This document shows positions 1 to 7,619 of a stretch of DNA of 64,000 bases, piece after piece. Below the pieces are notes generated by a model. It was not told where the DNA came from and ran no database searches. It saw only the letters and a program-made list of their open reading frames with translations. How positions within the stretch are numbered: position 1 is the stretch's first letter; each line of letters begins with the position of its first letter. The stretch is taken from the IMG/VR virus record IMGVR_UViG_3300046822_000286, one strand, 5' to 3'. This stretch comes from a virus. The translations under genes were made by a program, and so were the position numbers.

Positions 1-375
1 GCGGATCGCCTGCTCAATCGGGACTACTTTGTATTCCTTGGAGCACTGGCGACGTGTGCGGCCCTTCTTGCCTTTCTTGGAAACAGTGAACGCCGGAATG
101 GACGCAAACCGCTGACCGGTCGAGTTCTCTCCTCTGGCAAGGTCAGTGCTTATGCAACCCTTGGTTGGGCGGAGAATTGGCAGCCTGTCACCGAAGTTGG
201 CCTCAAGCCAATTCAAGTGCTCATAGACCCAATGGGGTTCATCTTGGGTATCGGCGAAAATCGCGACCTGGGGACGGGGATACTTGTCGCCGTCGAAATG
301 GTTCAATGCGAATTTCAGATACAGTGTCGTGCTCTGCACTCCGGCCCCAAGGCTGAGAACTCTAAAGTCACGCAT
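1..375 (-). CDS. PAPS reductase-family protein, N-terminal part (gene continues past window start)
   Basis: Not in the ORF track because it is open at the window edge. Manual reverse translation from ATG 375 (GGGAGG 9 nt upstream) gives MRDFRVLSLGAGVQSTTLYLKF...IFADTQDEPHWVYEHL...RRQCSKEYKVVPIEQAIR. The SLGAGVQS PP-loop and C-x-x-EYK motif are typical of phage PAPS-reductase-like proteins. Confidence 0.6.
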   Translation of the reverse strand, partial: MRDFRVLSLGAGVQSTTLYLKFALNHFDGDKYPRPQVAIFADTQDEPHWVYEHLNWLEANFGDRLPILRPTKGCISTDLARGENSTGQRFASIPAFTVSKKGKKGRTRRQCSKEYKVVPIEQAIR

Positions 376-484
376 TCGCCCGTGCCTCCCTTCTCTGATC
401 ATCAATCAAGTCGCACGCCTTCCGCCTCAAATCCAGTCCGGTCAGTTCGGTCACCGTGCCTCCTTCTCGATAAGCGCGAGCATC

Positions 485-547
485 GGATTAAACTCATTGA
501 TTGCTTGTGTCAATATACTACTTAACGTAAGTAGTTAAACTAGACTT
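485..547 (-). promoter_or_regulatory. AT-rich intergenic control region (sigma70-like promoter, 8-bp inverted repeat, AACTAGACTT box)
   Basis: Minus strand reads TTGACA (513..508), 17 nt, TAATCC (490..485). A perfect inverted repeat ACTACTTA-ACG-TAAGTAGT lies at 517..535. The 10-mer AACTAGACTT at 538..547 recurs on the opposite strand at 7261..7270. Confidence 0.4.
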
Positions 548-619
548 TATGCTTGACAATAATATGGATTTCGGGACGTGTATCCACACTTAGTCCACCG
601 GTAGAAGGTACAAATAACG

Positions 620-1255
620 TCATGCGCTCCGTTTCTTGGCTTTCTTGGGTTTCGGTTGCGGTCCGGCCTGCAGTTTCTCGACGATCTCCCGTTGGAATGC
701 CGGTAGCCCATACGTCCCGTCGACCATCGCTTGGCCAATCTTCGCCAGTACGTAGGCGTCGGCCATGTTGTTGTCAGTGACGTCGAGACCGTAGCGCTTG
801 TAGACCTCCTTCAGGACAAGTTCCTTCTGACCGCCGGCGCCGCTGCCAGTCAGGAACTTCTTCAGGATCGTCGGTGCGACAATCGTCGGCCCGCCCAGGC
901 CTCCATTTTCTGACCAGAGCGCGTAGCGTATGATGCCGCCGATTTCCGCAAGGTCTTCGCGATGGAAACTTGCACCGTACGCGTAGCCCTCGATCACGAC
1001 AAAGTCAGCGAAGACGGTGAATAGCATGACGGAATCGCGGATGTACTGCCAGTTGCGGAACTTACTATAATTAGCCGAATCGCCCGGCTCAGGCTTTGGC
1101 GGGTGTAACCGAATGACCACGCCGTCAATTGTGCTGACGTAATCGAACTGATCGACGTACAGCATCGCCCGCTTGAGGCGGTCGGGCCCTTCGCGGCAGA
1201 CGAGCGCCAGCCCGGTTCCGGTCAGTGACAGATCGACTCCAAGAACACTAGACAT
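620..1255 (-). CDS. RuvC-like Holliday junction resolvase
   Basis: 211 aa. VLGVDLSLTGTGLA (N-terminal Asp motif), VVIEGYAYG (Glu) and DNNMADAYVLAKIG (C-terminal Asp pair) fit the RuvC/RNase H-fold signature. Overlaps the upstream gene by 8 nt. Confidence 0.8.
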   Translation of the reverse strand: MSSVLGVDLSLTGTGLALVCREGPDRLKRAMLYVDQFDYVSTIDGVVIRLHPPKPEPGDSANYSKFRNWQYIRDSVMLFTVFADFVVIEGYAYGASFHREDLAEIGGIIRYALWSENGGLGGPTIVAPTILKKFLTGSGAGGQKELVLKEVYKRYGLDVTDNNMADAYVLAKIGQAMVDGTYGLPAFQREIVEKLQAGPQPKPKKAKKRSA

Positions 1256-1715
1256 TAGATTTCCTTTCCCAGTTCCAGAGCATTCGATTTCCCTTCGCCG
1301 GGATCGGCTGCTCGAAACGCTCGACTAATTCAAGGAACCACGCATACCGTCCATCCTCGTAGTTACCGAAGATGTTTTCCCGGATGCACAAAGTCTCACG
1401 CACTTCCTGCGTCTCCTCGATGCCGACCAGGCGCACGATGCAAAGGATCGAACCGTACGGAAGTGACTGAATCGCGCCATCCACGTGCGGACCGGACCGA
1501 TCATCACGGTCTCGGCGTACGTCGAATACGTCCGCAAGTTCATCGCGGAAGGTTGGATCATGGCGGGAGGCCCCGAGCCATTTTGGCGGCAATTTAGCAG
1601 CAGCGTGGATGGCCAACTCGCCGCGGTACTTCGTGGTCCAGCATCTGGTCTCGACCTGCTTCATGCCAAGCGCGACCAGCGATGCCCACGGCTGCCAGAG
1701 CGTCAGCGCCTTCAT
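1248..1715 (-). CDS. ASCH (PUA-like) domain protein
   Basis: 155 aa. MKALTLWQPWASLVALGMKQVETRCW...ELAIHAAAK matches the ASCH-domain proteins common in phage early regions. Confidence 0.7.
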   Translation of the reverse strand: MKALTLWQPWASLVALGMKQVETRCWTTKYRGELAIHAAAKLPPKWLGASRHDPTFRDELADVFDVRRDRDDRSGPHVDGAIQSLPYGSILCIVRLVGIEETQEVRETLCIRENIFGNYEDGRYAWFLELVERFEQPIPAKGNRMLWNWERKSNV

Positions 1716-1921
1716 GTCTTCTTCCGTTTCTTCTGCGCCGGCCGTGGCCGACAGTCCGCACGCGATGTGACCAACCGGACGATCCTGAAGTAATCAGTGG
1801 CGACGATCTTCGTTTCCTCGATCGTGAGCCGCTCGTATCCCAACAGGCAGACGAATTCAGGGGGTTCCTGCGTCAGCCCAACCGGATAGGAATGCTCCGC
1901 GCAGACGCGAATGCTTTTCAT
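1712..1921 (-). CDS. hypothetical protein (69 aa)
   Basis: Overlaps both neighbours by 4 nt (translational coupling). No recognisable motif. Confidence 0.5.
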   Translation of the reverse strand: MKSIRVCAEHSYPVGLTQEPPEFVCLLGYERLTIEETKIVATDYFRIVRLVTSRADCRPRPAQKKRKKT

Positions 1922-3783
1922 ACTTTCTCCACGGTCGACACGCCATCGACCTTCTTCACGACGAACGGTTCAAGGATCGGCGACATGCCCTTCCGGTTGT
2001 CGAGGAACTGCTCCTCAGACATAAACGTCATGATCACGACCGCCTGATCCAGGCCGGCCCCGACGATCATCCGCATCACCTGACTCCGCGCTTCCGGCGT
2101 CAGCAGTTCCGCGTCATCGACGATGATAAAGTTCAGCCCGGTCAGTTTGGCCAGCGCAATCTGGAACGGGATAGCCATCCGGAAACGCTCCGACCGGGAA
2201 ATCCGGCTGATCGGCCGCCGCCCCCAGAGTATTCGCCACGGCTCGACCTGGATGGCCAGTTCGAAGCCGAGCGGCGCGAGGTTCTGATTGATCTGCGTCA
2301 CGAAGCCGCCGATCCGTTCGTCGATGAGCTTCACCTTGACGCCCTTCGGTCCAAAGAATTCGACCAGTTGCTCCAGTTGCGACACTTCCTTTTCGAGGCG
2401 TGCCCGCTTTTCGGCGACGGCCGTCACCTGCCGCGCGCGTTCCACCCAGGAGACGGAATCGGCAAGCCGTTTCTCTCCATTCAGGATCCGGTCCCGCAGG
2501 ACTTGAATCTCGCCGTCGATCGCCCGCGTGTCGGTGACGAACGCGTCTGGTAGTCCGTCGAGTTCATTGGTGACGGCGGTCAATTGCTGACGTGAATGCT
2601 CGTACAGGCGGATCGCCTCTTCCTGCTTGTTGACGGCGGCGTAGGCCTCATTGAATCCGGTCTTGTCGTCGCGCTTTCTGCCGAGATCAGCCAGTTCAGC
2701 CTCGAGTGCGGAGACGTCCGTCTTGAGTTTGGTGCGCACTCGCTGCTGGGCCTCGAGGGCCGCCTCCATATCTTTCGCTGGCGCAGGGCACACATGGTCG
2801 CCGGCAACGCATCGACCGTTGAACTTCGATAAGAGTTTGACGTTCTCGTCGCGGGAGAGAATCTGGGCACGGGCCGAGATCACCTTCTGCTCGACCGCCG
2901 TATACAGTTCGGCGTAGTGACTCGTCGCGTCGATCTCGGCCTGCAATCGCTCTTTTAATAATTCAGCCAGCCCCGGCCTCTCCATCGCGAGGAGCCTCTC
3001 GCGCTCACGCTTCAGCCGCTCACGTGTCTTCTCGGTACCCGACGACACATCTAGGCGCGCCCTCGCCGCGACCTTCGTCTCCAGTTCCTTGCGCAGCGTC
3101 TCGAGCAGCGCCCGGATCTTATCGACCGGCGGAGCCTCACCCTCCGGCGCACCCGGCGGTTTCAGATCTTTGAGTTCGCGCTTCACGACCGTCCGCCGCT
3201 CGAACGAGTACTGGTACGCGTTCTGGATAGCGGCCAACGAGTTGATCGGGCCGGTCAGCAGTTTGAACGCCTCGCTGGCATCGCCGTCGACGTTGAACAA
3301 TTCGACGACCTTCTCCGGAGTCACATCGGCCCCGATTAGCGAGATGATCATCTCCTTCTGGGTGGCCGGTTCCATGTCGAAGAACCGTCCGACGTTCAGG
3401 ATGGCCGACAGCATGTCTTTGGTGACGTTCAGTGCCCCGGAGACGGCCCGGTCCATCGCGTCGACGTTCTGCATCGCCTGATCGTCGAACGACCACGTCT
3501 GGCCCATGGCGGACTTCATCCGCGTGAACCTGCCACGGTCGGTCTCCATGGTTACCGTGAGCGCGGCGCCCTCTGGAAACAGATCGTGGATCAGTTCGTT
3601 CCTGTCGTCCGTGCGCTTGCGGTAATAGCCACAGTCGCCGGTCAGGACGAATTCGACGGCCTGGGCGATCGATGTCTTGCCGGTACCGAGGTAGCCGACG
3701 ACCATCGCGCAGGGCTGGGAGAATTCCAGTTCGGTTTGAACGTGAGAAGAGAAGTTTTGCAGTTTGAGTTTTCGAATCTTCAT
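1918..3783 (-). CDS. SMC/Rad50/SbcC-like recombination ATPase
   Basis: 621 aa. Walker A GYLGTGKTS near the N-terminus, a long coiled-coil middle, a signature-like SRSERFRMA and Walker B FIIVDDAE at the C-terminus. Confidence 0.8.
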   Translation of the reverse strand: MKIRKLKLQNFSSHVQTELEFSQPCAMVVGYLGTGKTSIAQAVEFVLTGDCGYYRKRTDDRNELIHDLFPEGAALTVTMETDRGRFTRMKSAMGQTWSFDDQAMQNVDAMDRAVSGALNVTKDMLSAILNVGRFFDMEPATQKEMIISLIGADVTPEKVVELFNVDGDASEAFKLLTGPINSLAAIQNAYQYSFERRTVVKRELKDLKPPGAPEGEAPPVDKIRALLETLRKELETKVAARARLDVSSGTEKTRERLKRERERLLAMERPGLAELLKERLQAEIDATSHYAELYTAVEQKVISARAQILSRDENVKLLSKFNGRCVAGDHVCPAPAKDMEAALEAQQRVRTKLKTDVSALEAELADLGRKRDDKTGFNEAYAAVNKQEEAIRLYEHSRQQLTAVTNELDGLPDAFVTDTRAIDGEIQVLRDRILNGEKRLADSVSWVERARQVTAVAEKRARLEKEVSQLEQLVEFFGPKGVKVKLIDERIGGFVTQINQNLAPLGFELAIQVEPWRILWGRRPISRISRSERFRMAIPFQIALAKLTGLNFIIVDDAELLTPEARSQVMRMIVGAGLDQAVVIMTFMSEEQFLDNRKGMSPILEPFVVKKVDGVSTVEKV

Positions 3784-3906
3784 TCAAATATCTACCTTAA
3801 AGTGAGACAGCGGTCGGGAGAACCACGCGCCGCTGTCGCTTAAGTTCTCCGTCTCCACGCTGAACAGCACCGCACCGGTCCATCTCGATTTGATTTCGAT
3901 CTTCAC
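3784..3906 (-). CDS. small ORF (40 aa), hypothetical
   Basis: Below the track cutoff. GTG at 3906 with GGAGGG 7 nt upstream; its TGA stop directly abuts the ATG of the ATPase gene. Translates VKIEIKSRWTGAVLFSVETENLSDSG... Confidence 0.3.
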   Translation of the reverse strand: MKIEIKSRWTGAVLFSVETENLSDSGAWFSRPLSHFKVDI

Positions 3907-3907
3907 G

Positions 3908-4162
3908 TTAGTTCCCTCCAAGTACGGCTACAAATTTCATACAACGCTCTTCGCCCTCGCCGATCAGAATCTGAAATAGGATGACCGCATCTACTGGCGG
4001 CAATGAGGTCGGCAGGTAGTATCGTCCGTTGGTCCGCTTGCACAGCGTGGCATCAACGTCACGAAACGTCTGAATGTCGTCTATCCACGGCCTCGGGTTG
4101 CCGACGATACTGAACTCGAGCTCGGTGATCAGCATTGCTCGAGGATTAATCGATTCCGTCAT
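3908..4162 (-). CDS. hypothetical protein (84 aa)
   Basis: ORF in the operon frame, overlaps the upstream nuclease gene by 17 nt. No motif recognised. Confidence 0.55.
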   Translation of the reverse strand: MTESINPRAMLITELEFSIVGNPRPWIDDIQTFRDVDATLCKRTNGRYYLPTSLPPVDAVILFQILIGEGEERCMKFVAVLGGN

Positions 4163-5276
4163 CGTCTTCCACCTCCAGAGGGTCGCCGCTTTCAGACCAG
4201 AACGTGAACTTCGTGCTACTCGTGTCGCGGGCAGTCTTCTTCGCCTCGGTCACGTAGTCCGGATAATCGCGGCCGATCCGGCGGATCTCGCTGGAGTCCA
4301 CCGCCAGCGCCCGGTTCGGATCAAACCCATGCTTATCGTTTAGTCCTTGGATCGTCCGCACCTTGTACGCCGTGCGGTTCTGCTTCTTGAATCCAAGCCT
4401 GAGATCGCTCCCGGCCTTCATCACCGGCCCCTCGGTGAGCGCGTAAGCTCGCAAACTCGCCATCATCCTCGCCGAGGCCTGGCGCATCGCGAAGACCTGC
4501 TGGGCCATCGCGGAGGCGTGCTCGGCAGATTTGATCTGGCCGATCGACTGCTCGGTCAATCCCCGTCCAACCAGCGGGCATTCGAGCCGGCAGTAGGCGC
4601 ACTTGCTGTTCACCTCCGCCGGCCATTCGTCGCGCTCGAACGCTGTCTCGAGCCGCTGCACCTGATTCCGGATGAAGGAATCCATCCGCGCAAACTGCTC
4701 ACGTTCGAACGTGCGAGACCGGAAGATTCCCCAGCGAACGAAGTCGAGCGTGAACGTGATCGATTTAAGATCCGGCATGATCTGCCAGAGCATCCAGGGA
4801 TAGACTACCGACTGGATCGTCGTCGGGTTGAATACGCCGAAGTGCGACTTGTAATCGAAGATCTCGGCGTGGCCGTCCTCGATCTCCAGCCGGTCCAGAT
4901 CGCAGGAATATCGGTGGTCCCCGTGAAAGCACGGCGTGCCGTCAGCGTTAAGCCGGATCTCGTACTCGGTCGCCACGATCTTCGACGGCTCGAACACGCG
5001 CTCACGACTCCACGGTAAGAACAGGTCGATCGCGTCCTGGTTCCACGTGACTACGCCAGAATTGGAAGCGATTCGGTCGGCAGCCTCCCAGTCCATCTCC
5101 TGCTGCGTCGCGACGAGATAGTCCACGTAGAGTTTGCCCATCTGATGAAAATCGGTACCACGCTGCGCGAACTCTGACTCGAATTCCTGAACGCCTTCAA
5201 CGTGGATCTTATGAAAGCGGTAAAGACATCGGGCGGTCTCGAGAGTGCTTTGTCGGATAACTGGCCTGATTGACAT
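4146..5276 (-). CDS. PD-(D/E)XK nuclease, Cas4/RecB-like with Cys cluster
   Basis: The track ORF starts at TTG 5312 inside a terminator hairpin, so the first ATG at 5276 (MSIRPVIRQ...) is preferred. CDLDRLEIEDGHAEIFDYKS gives the D...E-x-x-D-Y-K nuclease motif. An N-terminal Cys (ARCLYRF) plus KCAYCRLECP resembles a Cas4-type Fe-S cluster. Confidence 0.7.
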   Translation of the reverse strand: MSIRPVIRQSTLETARCLYRFHKIHVEGVQEFESEFAQRGTDFHQMGKLYVDYLVATQQEMDWEAADRIASNSGVVTWNQDAIDLFLPWSRERVFEPSKIVATEYEIRLNADGTPCFHGDHRYSCDLDRLEIEDGHAEIFDYKSHFGVFNPTTIQSVVYPWMLWQIMPDLKSITFTLDFVRWGIFRSRTFEREQFARMDSFIRNQVQRLETAFERDEWPAEVNSKCAYCRLECPLVGRGLTEQSIGQIKSAEHASAMAQQVFAMRQASARMMASLRAYALTEGPVMKAGSDLRLGFKKQNRTAYKVRTIQGLNDKHGFDPNRALAVDSSEIRRIGRDYPDYVTEAKKTARDTSSTKFTFWSESGDPLEVEDDDGID

Positions 5277-5283
5277 CGGCGGT

Positions 5284-5325
5284 AGACTAACAGGAAAAAA
5301 AATGGCGCGCAATTTAATTTTTTAA
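5284..5325 (-). promoter_or_regulatory. candidate promoter with upstream A/T box, possibly giving a leaderless nuclease mRNA
   Basis: Minus strand reads TTAAAAAATTAAATTG box (5325..5310), TTGCGC (5312..5307), 17 nt, TAGTCT (5289..5284). ATG 5276 follows the -10 element by 7 nt, with no SD. Confidence 0.35.
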
Positions 5326-5335
5326 ACTGCGCGCC
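5295..5335 (-). terminator. rho-independent terminator after the gp3-like gene
   Basis: Minus strand has GGCGCGCA (5335..5328), a 16-nt A/T loop, TGCGCGCC (5311..5304), then A followed by T8 (5302..5295). The 8-bp GC stem is perfect. Confidence 0.7.
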
Positions 5336-5343
5336 CGTGCGGT

Positions 5344-6744
5344 TTAGAACGTGAATGTTCCTAGATTCGGCTCGGCTGGCGGGGCCGGTTTCGGCTCTTC
5401 CCTTTTCTCTGGAGTGGGCTGCTGGGTCTGGACCGGAGCCGGAGTGCTCGTGGCTGGCGGCACTTCCGCTGCCTTCTTCGCTGTACCCTTACGTGACCGT
5501 GCCGGAGCCCGCTGTTCCGCCGCAGTCTCCACCTTCGCGGCAACCAATGCCTGCAGTCCGGCCTTCAGGTTGTGCGGTTGGACGACGATCTTCATATAAA
5601 ACTCCTGCGTCGCTGACGCCGAGAGCTTCAGCGACGCGACTCCGTTCCCGAAGTCGGTGATCCATTCGCGGATCGAGGCGATGTCGCCCTTGAGCGACTG
5701 ATAGAGCCGCTCCTTATGCGCCGGACTTAGCCCGAGCGAGTTGAAGGCGAGCGTAATCGCCTGATCGTCGGCATCTGGTTCCGGCTTGCTGGCTGAGGCC
5801 GTCCGGTTCTCCGGGAAGAACTCTGACGTCATCTCTGCGGCCCTCTCTGCCTCTGGGGTCTCTTCGATCCTGGCACCTTCGACATCGATAGCATCGTCCT
5901 CCGCATCCACCGCCTCGGTTAGCATCCGGCGCCCGGTCGTCAGCGACTTCTCGTACGACGCCGATCGTTCCAGAAGAGCCGGCACCAGTCGGCTGTAATC
6001 CTCTTCGCGGAACTCGATGTTCACAAAGAACGCCATGCTGCTTTTTGCCTTGCCGTCCTGAATGTACCGGGTCTTGCCTGGTCGCACCACGATCTTCAGC
6101 GGGATGCCACGTAGGCGTCCACCTGTGACGGACTGGATCTGCAGAAGCGATGAATGGATTCGCTTGATCGACTGGTAAGAGGTCGTCGAGAGCGCGGCGA
6201 TACTACCCATCACCGGTCGGTCCTTGAAGATGAAGCGCAGTTCTCCGGTCGGCTTGCACTTGCTGCTCTCGAGCTCCGGACATCCCTCGCCGCACGGCTT
6301 CCATGGAATCAGATCCACGCCGGGATACTTCAGGCGCTCTTTCTCCGGCAGGGCGGTCACGCGGCGGAACGCGTCGTCACAGCCATGGCCGGAGCATTTC
6401 TTCTCGCTCGTCGCCCACCACGCGTATTCGGTTGGGAAGATCTCTTCGATATCGTCGCTAAGGAAGATGATATCGAACTCCCGGAGCGCCACGCGTATCT
6501 GCGAGACGTTGCCCTTGCCGTCATCGACGTCGACGAGCGGCATATAGAGTTCCTGCAGTTGGGCCATGAACTTCTTGTCGTCGACCCACTCGCCCTTCGC
6601 GTTACGGCTGCGAATATGGAAGTGGTCTGACTTCTGCGGGAAGTTGCTGTCGGCGGTGGCCGGGATCCCGATCGAAACCTTATAGGCCCGGGTGATCTGG
6701 ATGATCGGCTGATTCTGTTCGTTGTGTGTGACGTTGCGTATCAT
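5344..6744 (-). CDS. phiC31 gp3-like (recombination-directionality-factor-like family) Cys-rich protein with low-complexity C-terminus
   Basis: Start moved to ATG 6744 (MIRNVTHNEQ; GGAG upstream; 4-nt overlap with the upstream ORF stop). FPQKSDHFHIRS, W-x-n-CSGHGCDD...WKPCGEGCP...CKPTGELRFIF...GSIAALSTTSYQSI...GGRLRGIPLKIVV resembles my recollection of the gp3/RDF-like family. The C-terminal ~90 aa is Pro/Ala/Lys-rich. Confidence 0.55.
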   Translation of the reverse strand: MIRNVTHNEQNQPIIQITRAYKVSIGIPATADSNFPQKSDHFHIRSRNAKGEWVDDKKFMAQLQELYMPLVDVDDGKGNVSQIRVALREFDIIFLSDDIEEIFPTEYAWWATSEKKCSGHGCDDAFRRVTALPEKERLKYPGVDLIPWKPCGEGCPELESSKCKPTGELRFIFKDRPVMGSIAALSTTSYQSIKRIHSSLLQIQSVTGGRLRGIPLKIVVRPGKTRYIQDGKAKSSMAFFVNIEFREEDYSRLVPALLERSASYEKSLTTGRRMLTEAVDAEDDAIDVEGARIEETPEAERAAEMTSEFFPENRTASASKPEPDADDQAITLAFNSLGLSPAHKERLYQSLKGDIASIREWITDFGNGVASLKLSASATQEFYMKIVVQPHNLKAGLQALVAAKVETAAEQRAPARSRKGTAKKAAEVPPATSTPAPVQTQQPTPEKREEPKPAPPAEPNLGTFTF

Positions 6745-6950
6745 TGATTCTCCCCGGTTGGCAGTTCCCGCGCAGCCTTGAATAGGCCCAGTTTCTTGGC
6801 CGTCCGTTCGAGCATAATCTGCCCGGTATTCATGACGGAGTAAACGGTGGTACCGACGGCGAGGCGCCGGGCCGGCTCCGGCTTCATCGAGCCATTGTGT
6901 TCCCGGATCCAGCGGCACGGAGTCACCGTGCGCTTGCGATTCTTTTTCAT
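6741..6950 (-). CDS. hypothetical protein (69 aa)
   Basis: Basic small ORF with ATGA overlaps at both ends. Confidence 0.5.
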   Translation of the reverse strand: MKKNRKRTVTPCRWIREHNGSMKPEPARRLAVGTTVYSVMNTGQIMLERTAKKLGLFKAARELPTGENQ

Positions 6951-7246
6951 GCGCTTTTCTTCTCGAATCTCCGAAGAGCCCGGCGGAGCGCCTTGATGCG
7001 CACTTCCGGCAGAGACTCTCCATCACGAGCACGGCGCAGAATGTAACTGTACATTTCTGGCTTTATATGGGCCGCCGCGCTCAGGTCTTGTTTTTTGATA
7101 CCCAGACGGACACGCAGCGTCTCGATCTCGATGACGACGTCCATGGGCGTTTTCTCGCGCTGCTCCTCGGTTTTGACGATGGTGCTCTCCTCAGACTGGC
7201 GCCGATTTGTGGCGGACAATTCACGCCGTTTCATATTGACTGGCAC
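6947..7246 (-). CDS. putative helix-turn-helix transcriptional regulator (first gene of early operon)
   Basis: 99 aa from GTG 7246, or 95 aa from ATG 7234. LGIKKQDLSAAAHIKPEMYSYILRR looks like an XRE-type HTH. A palindromic operator-like site lies just upstream. Confidence 0.5.
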   Translation of the reverse strand: MPVNMKRRELSATNRRQSEESTIVKTEEQREKTPMDVVIEIETLRVRLGIKKQDLSAAAHIKPEMYSYILRRARDGESLPEVRIKALRRALRRFEKKSA

Positions 7247-7256
7247 GGTACCACGG

Positions 7257-7285
7257 CTTGAAGTCTAGTTCAAGAAATTAAACTG
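7257..7285. promoter_or_regulatory. divergent-promoter/operator region: inverted repeat CTTGAA-N6-TTCAAG plus A/T box
   Basis: 7257..7274 is cttgaaGTCTAGttcaag, a pair of 6-bp perfect arms. On the minus strand TTGAAC (7274..7269), 17 nt, TACCGT sits upstream of ATG 7234. 7270..7285 (TCAAGAAATTAAACTG) is a variant of the 16-nt A/T box. Confidence 0.4.
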
Positions 7286-7296
7286 GAGAAGCGACG

Positions 7297-7458
7297 ATGA
7301 AAGCCACGATGAAAGCCTGCTGCGGAACCTGCGTTCATTTCAATCCGGAAGAGGGGCCGTGCGTGGTCGTGAGCGGACCGATCGTTCACGACGGACTGTG
7401 CGACGGCGTCCCGCCAGCTGGCTACGTGCCGAAAGATGCTCCGGCGGCATCGTGCTGA
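7297..7458 (+). CDS. 4-Cys mini-protein (53 aa), HiPIP-like Cys spacing; only plus-strand CDS in the window
   Basis: Below the track cutoff. ATG 7297 with GGAG 8 nt upstream. Translates MKATMKACCGTCVHFNPEEGPCVVVSGPIVHDGLCDGVPPAGYVPKDAPAASC. Gap-free alignment gives 12/29 identities to the Cys core of the 7620..7835 product. Confidence 0.45.
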   Translation: MKATMKACCGTCVHFNPEEGPCVVVSGPIVHDGLCDGVPPAGYVPKDAPAASC

Positions 7459-7579
7459 ATGCCCACTGGGACCAGGCAGAGGCCAGCATCAGCAGACCAT
7501 TGACGATCTGAGTCAGCCCGAAGCTCGTCCGTTCCTCGACGTGGCCGAGTCCGATCACGACGGCCAGCGAGCCGAGCAT
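7340..7579 (-). CDS. possible small membrane protein (79 aa from ATG 7579), doubtful
   Basis: Part of the 137-aa track ORF. Hydrophobic stretches (F)GFILLGMLGSLAVVIGLG and IVNGLLMLASAWSQWAF fill the gap between the two convergent Cys-protein genes. The Arg-rich tail overlaps the plus-strand CDS by 119 nt, and there is no SD. Confidence 0.25.
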   Translation of the reverse strand: MLGSLAVVIGLGHVEERTSFGLTQIVNGLLMLASAWSQWAFSTMPPEHLSARSQLAGRRRTVRRERSVRSRPRTAPLPD

Positions 7580-7619
7580 TCCCAGCAGGATGAAGCCGAA
7601 CCTCAGCCGCGGGTCGAGT

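Noticed and set aside
165-538. Three overlapping plus-strand ORFs at the window start
   Set aside because: The minus strand here encodes a clear PAPS-reductase-like N-terminus (1..375) with a strong SD. The plus-strand products look like junk.
3784-3906. 40-aa ORF as the remnant of a pentapeptide-repeat gene
   Set aside because: The KIEIKSRWTGAVLFS opening reminded me of the N-termini of some repeat proteins, but the ORF is too short and contains no actual repeats. It is kept only as a low-confidence small CDS.
6745-7032. N-terminal extension of the 562-aa track ORF (and similar extensions at 12887..13069, 13687..13809, 34754..34924, 43460..43519, 47358..47780, 53005..53241, 8238..8426)
   Set aside because: The extensions are Arg/His-rich and overlap better upstream ORFs. 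The internal ATGs give SDs and/or ATGA-type stop-start coupling, and in two cases expose signal peptides.
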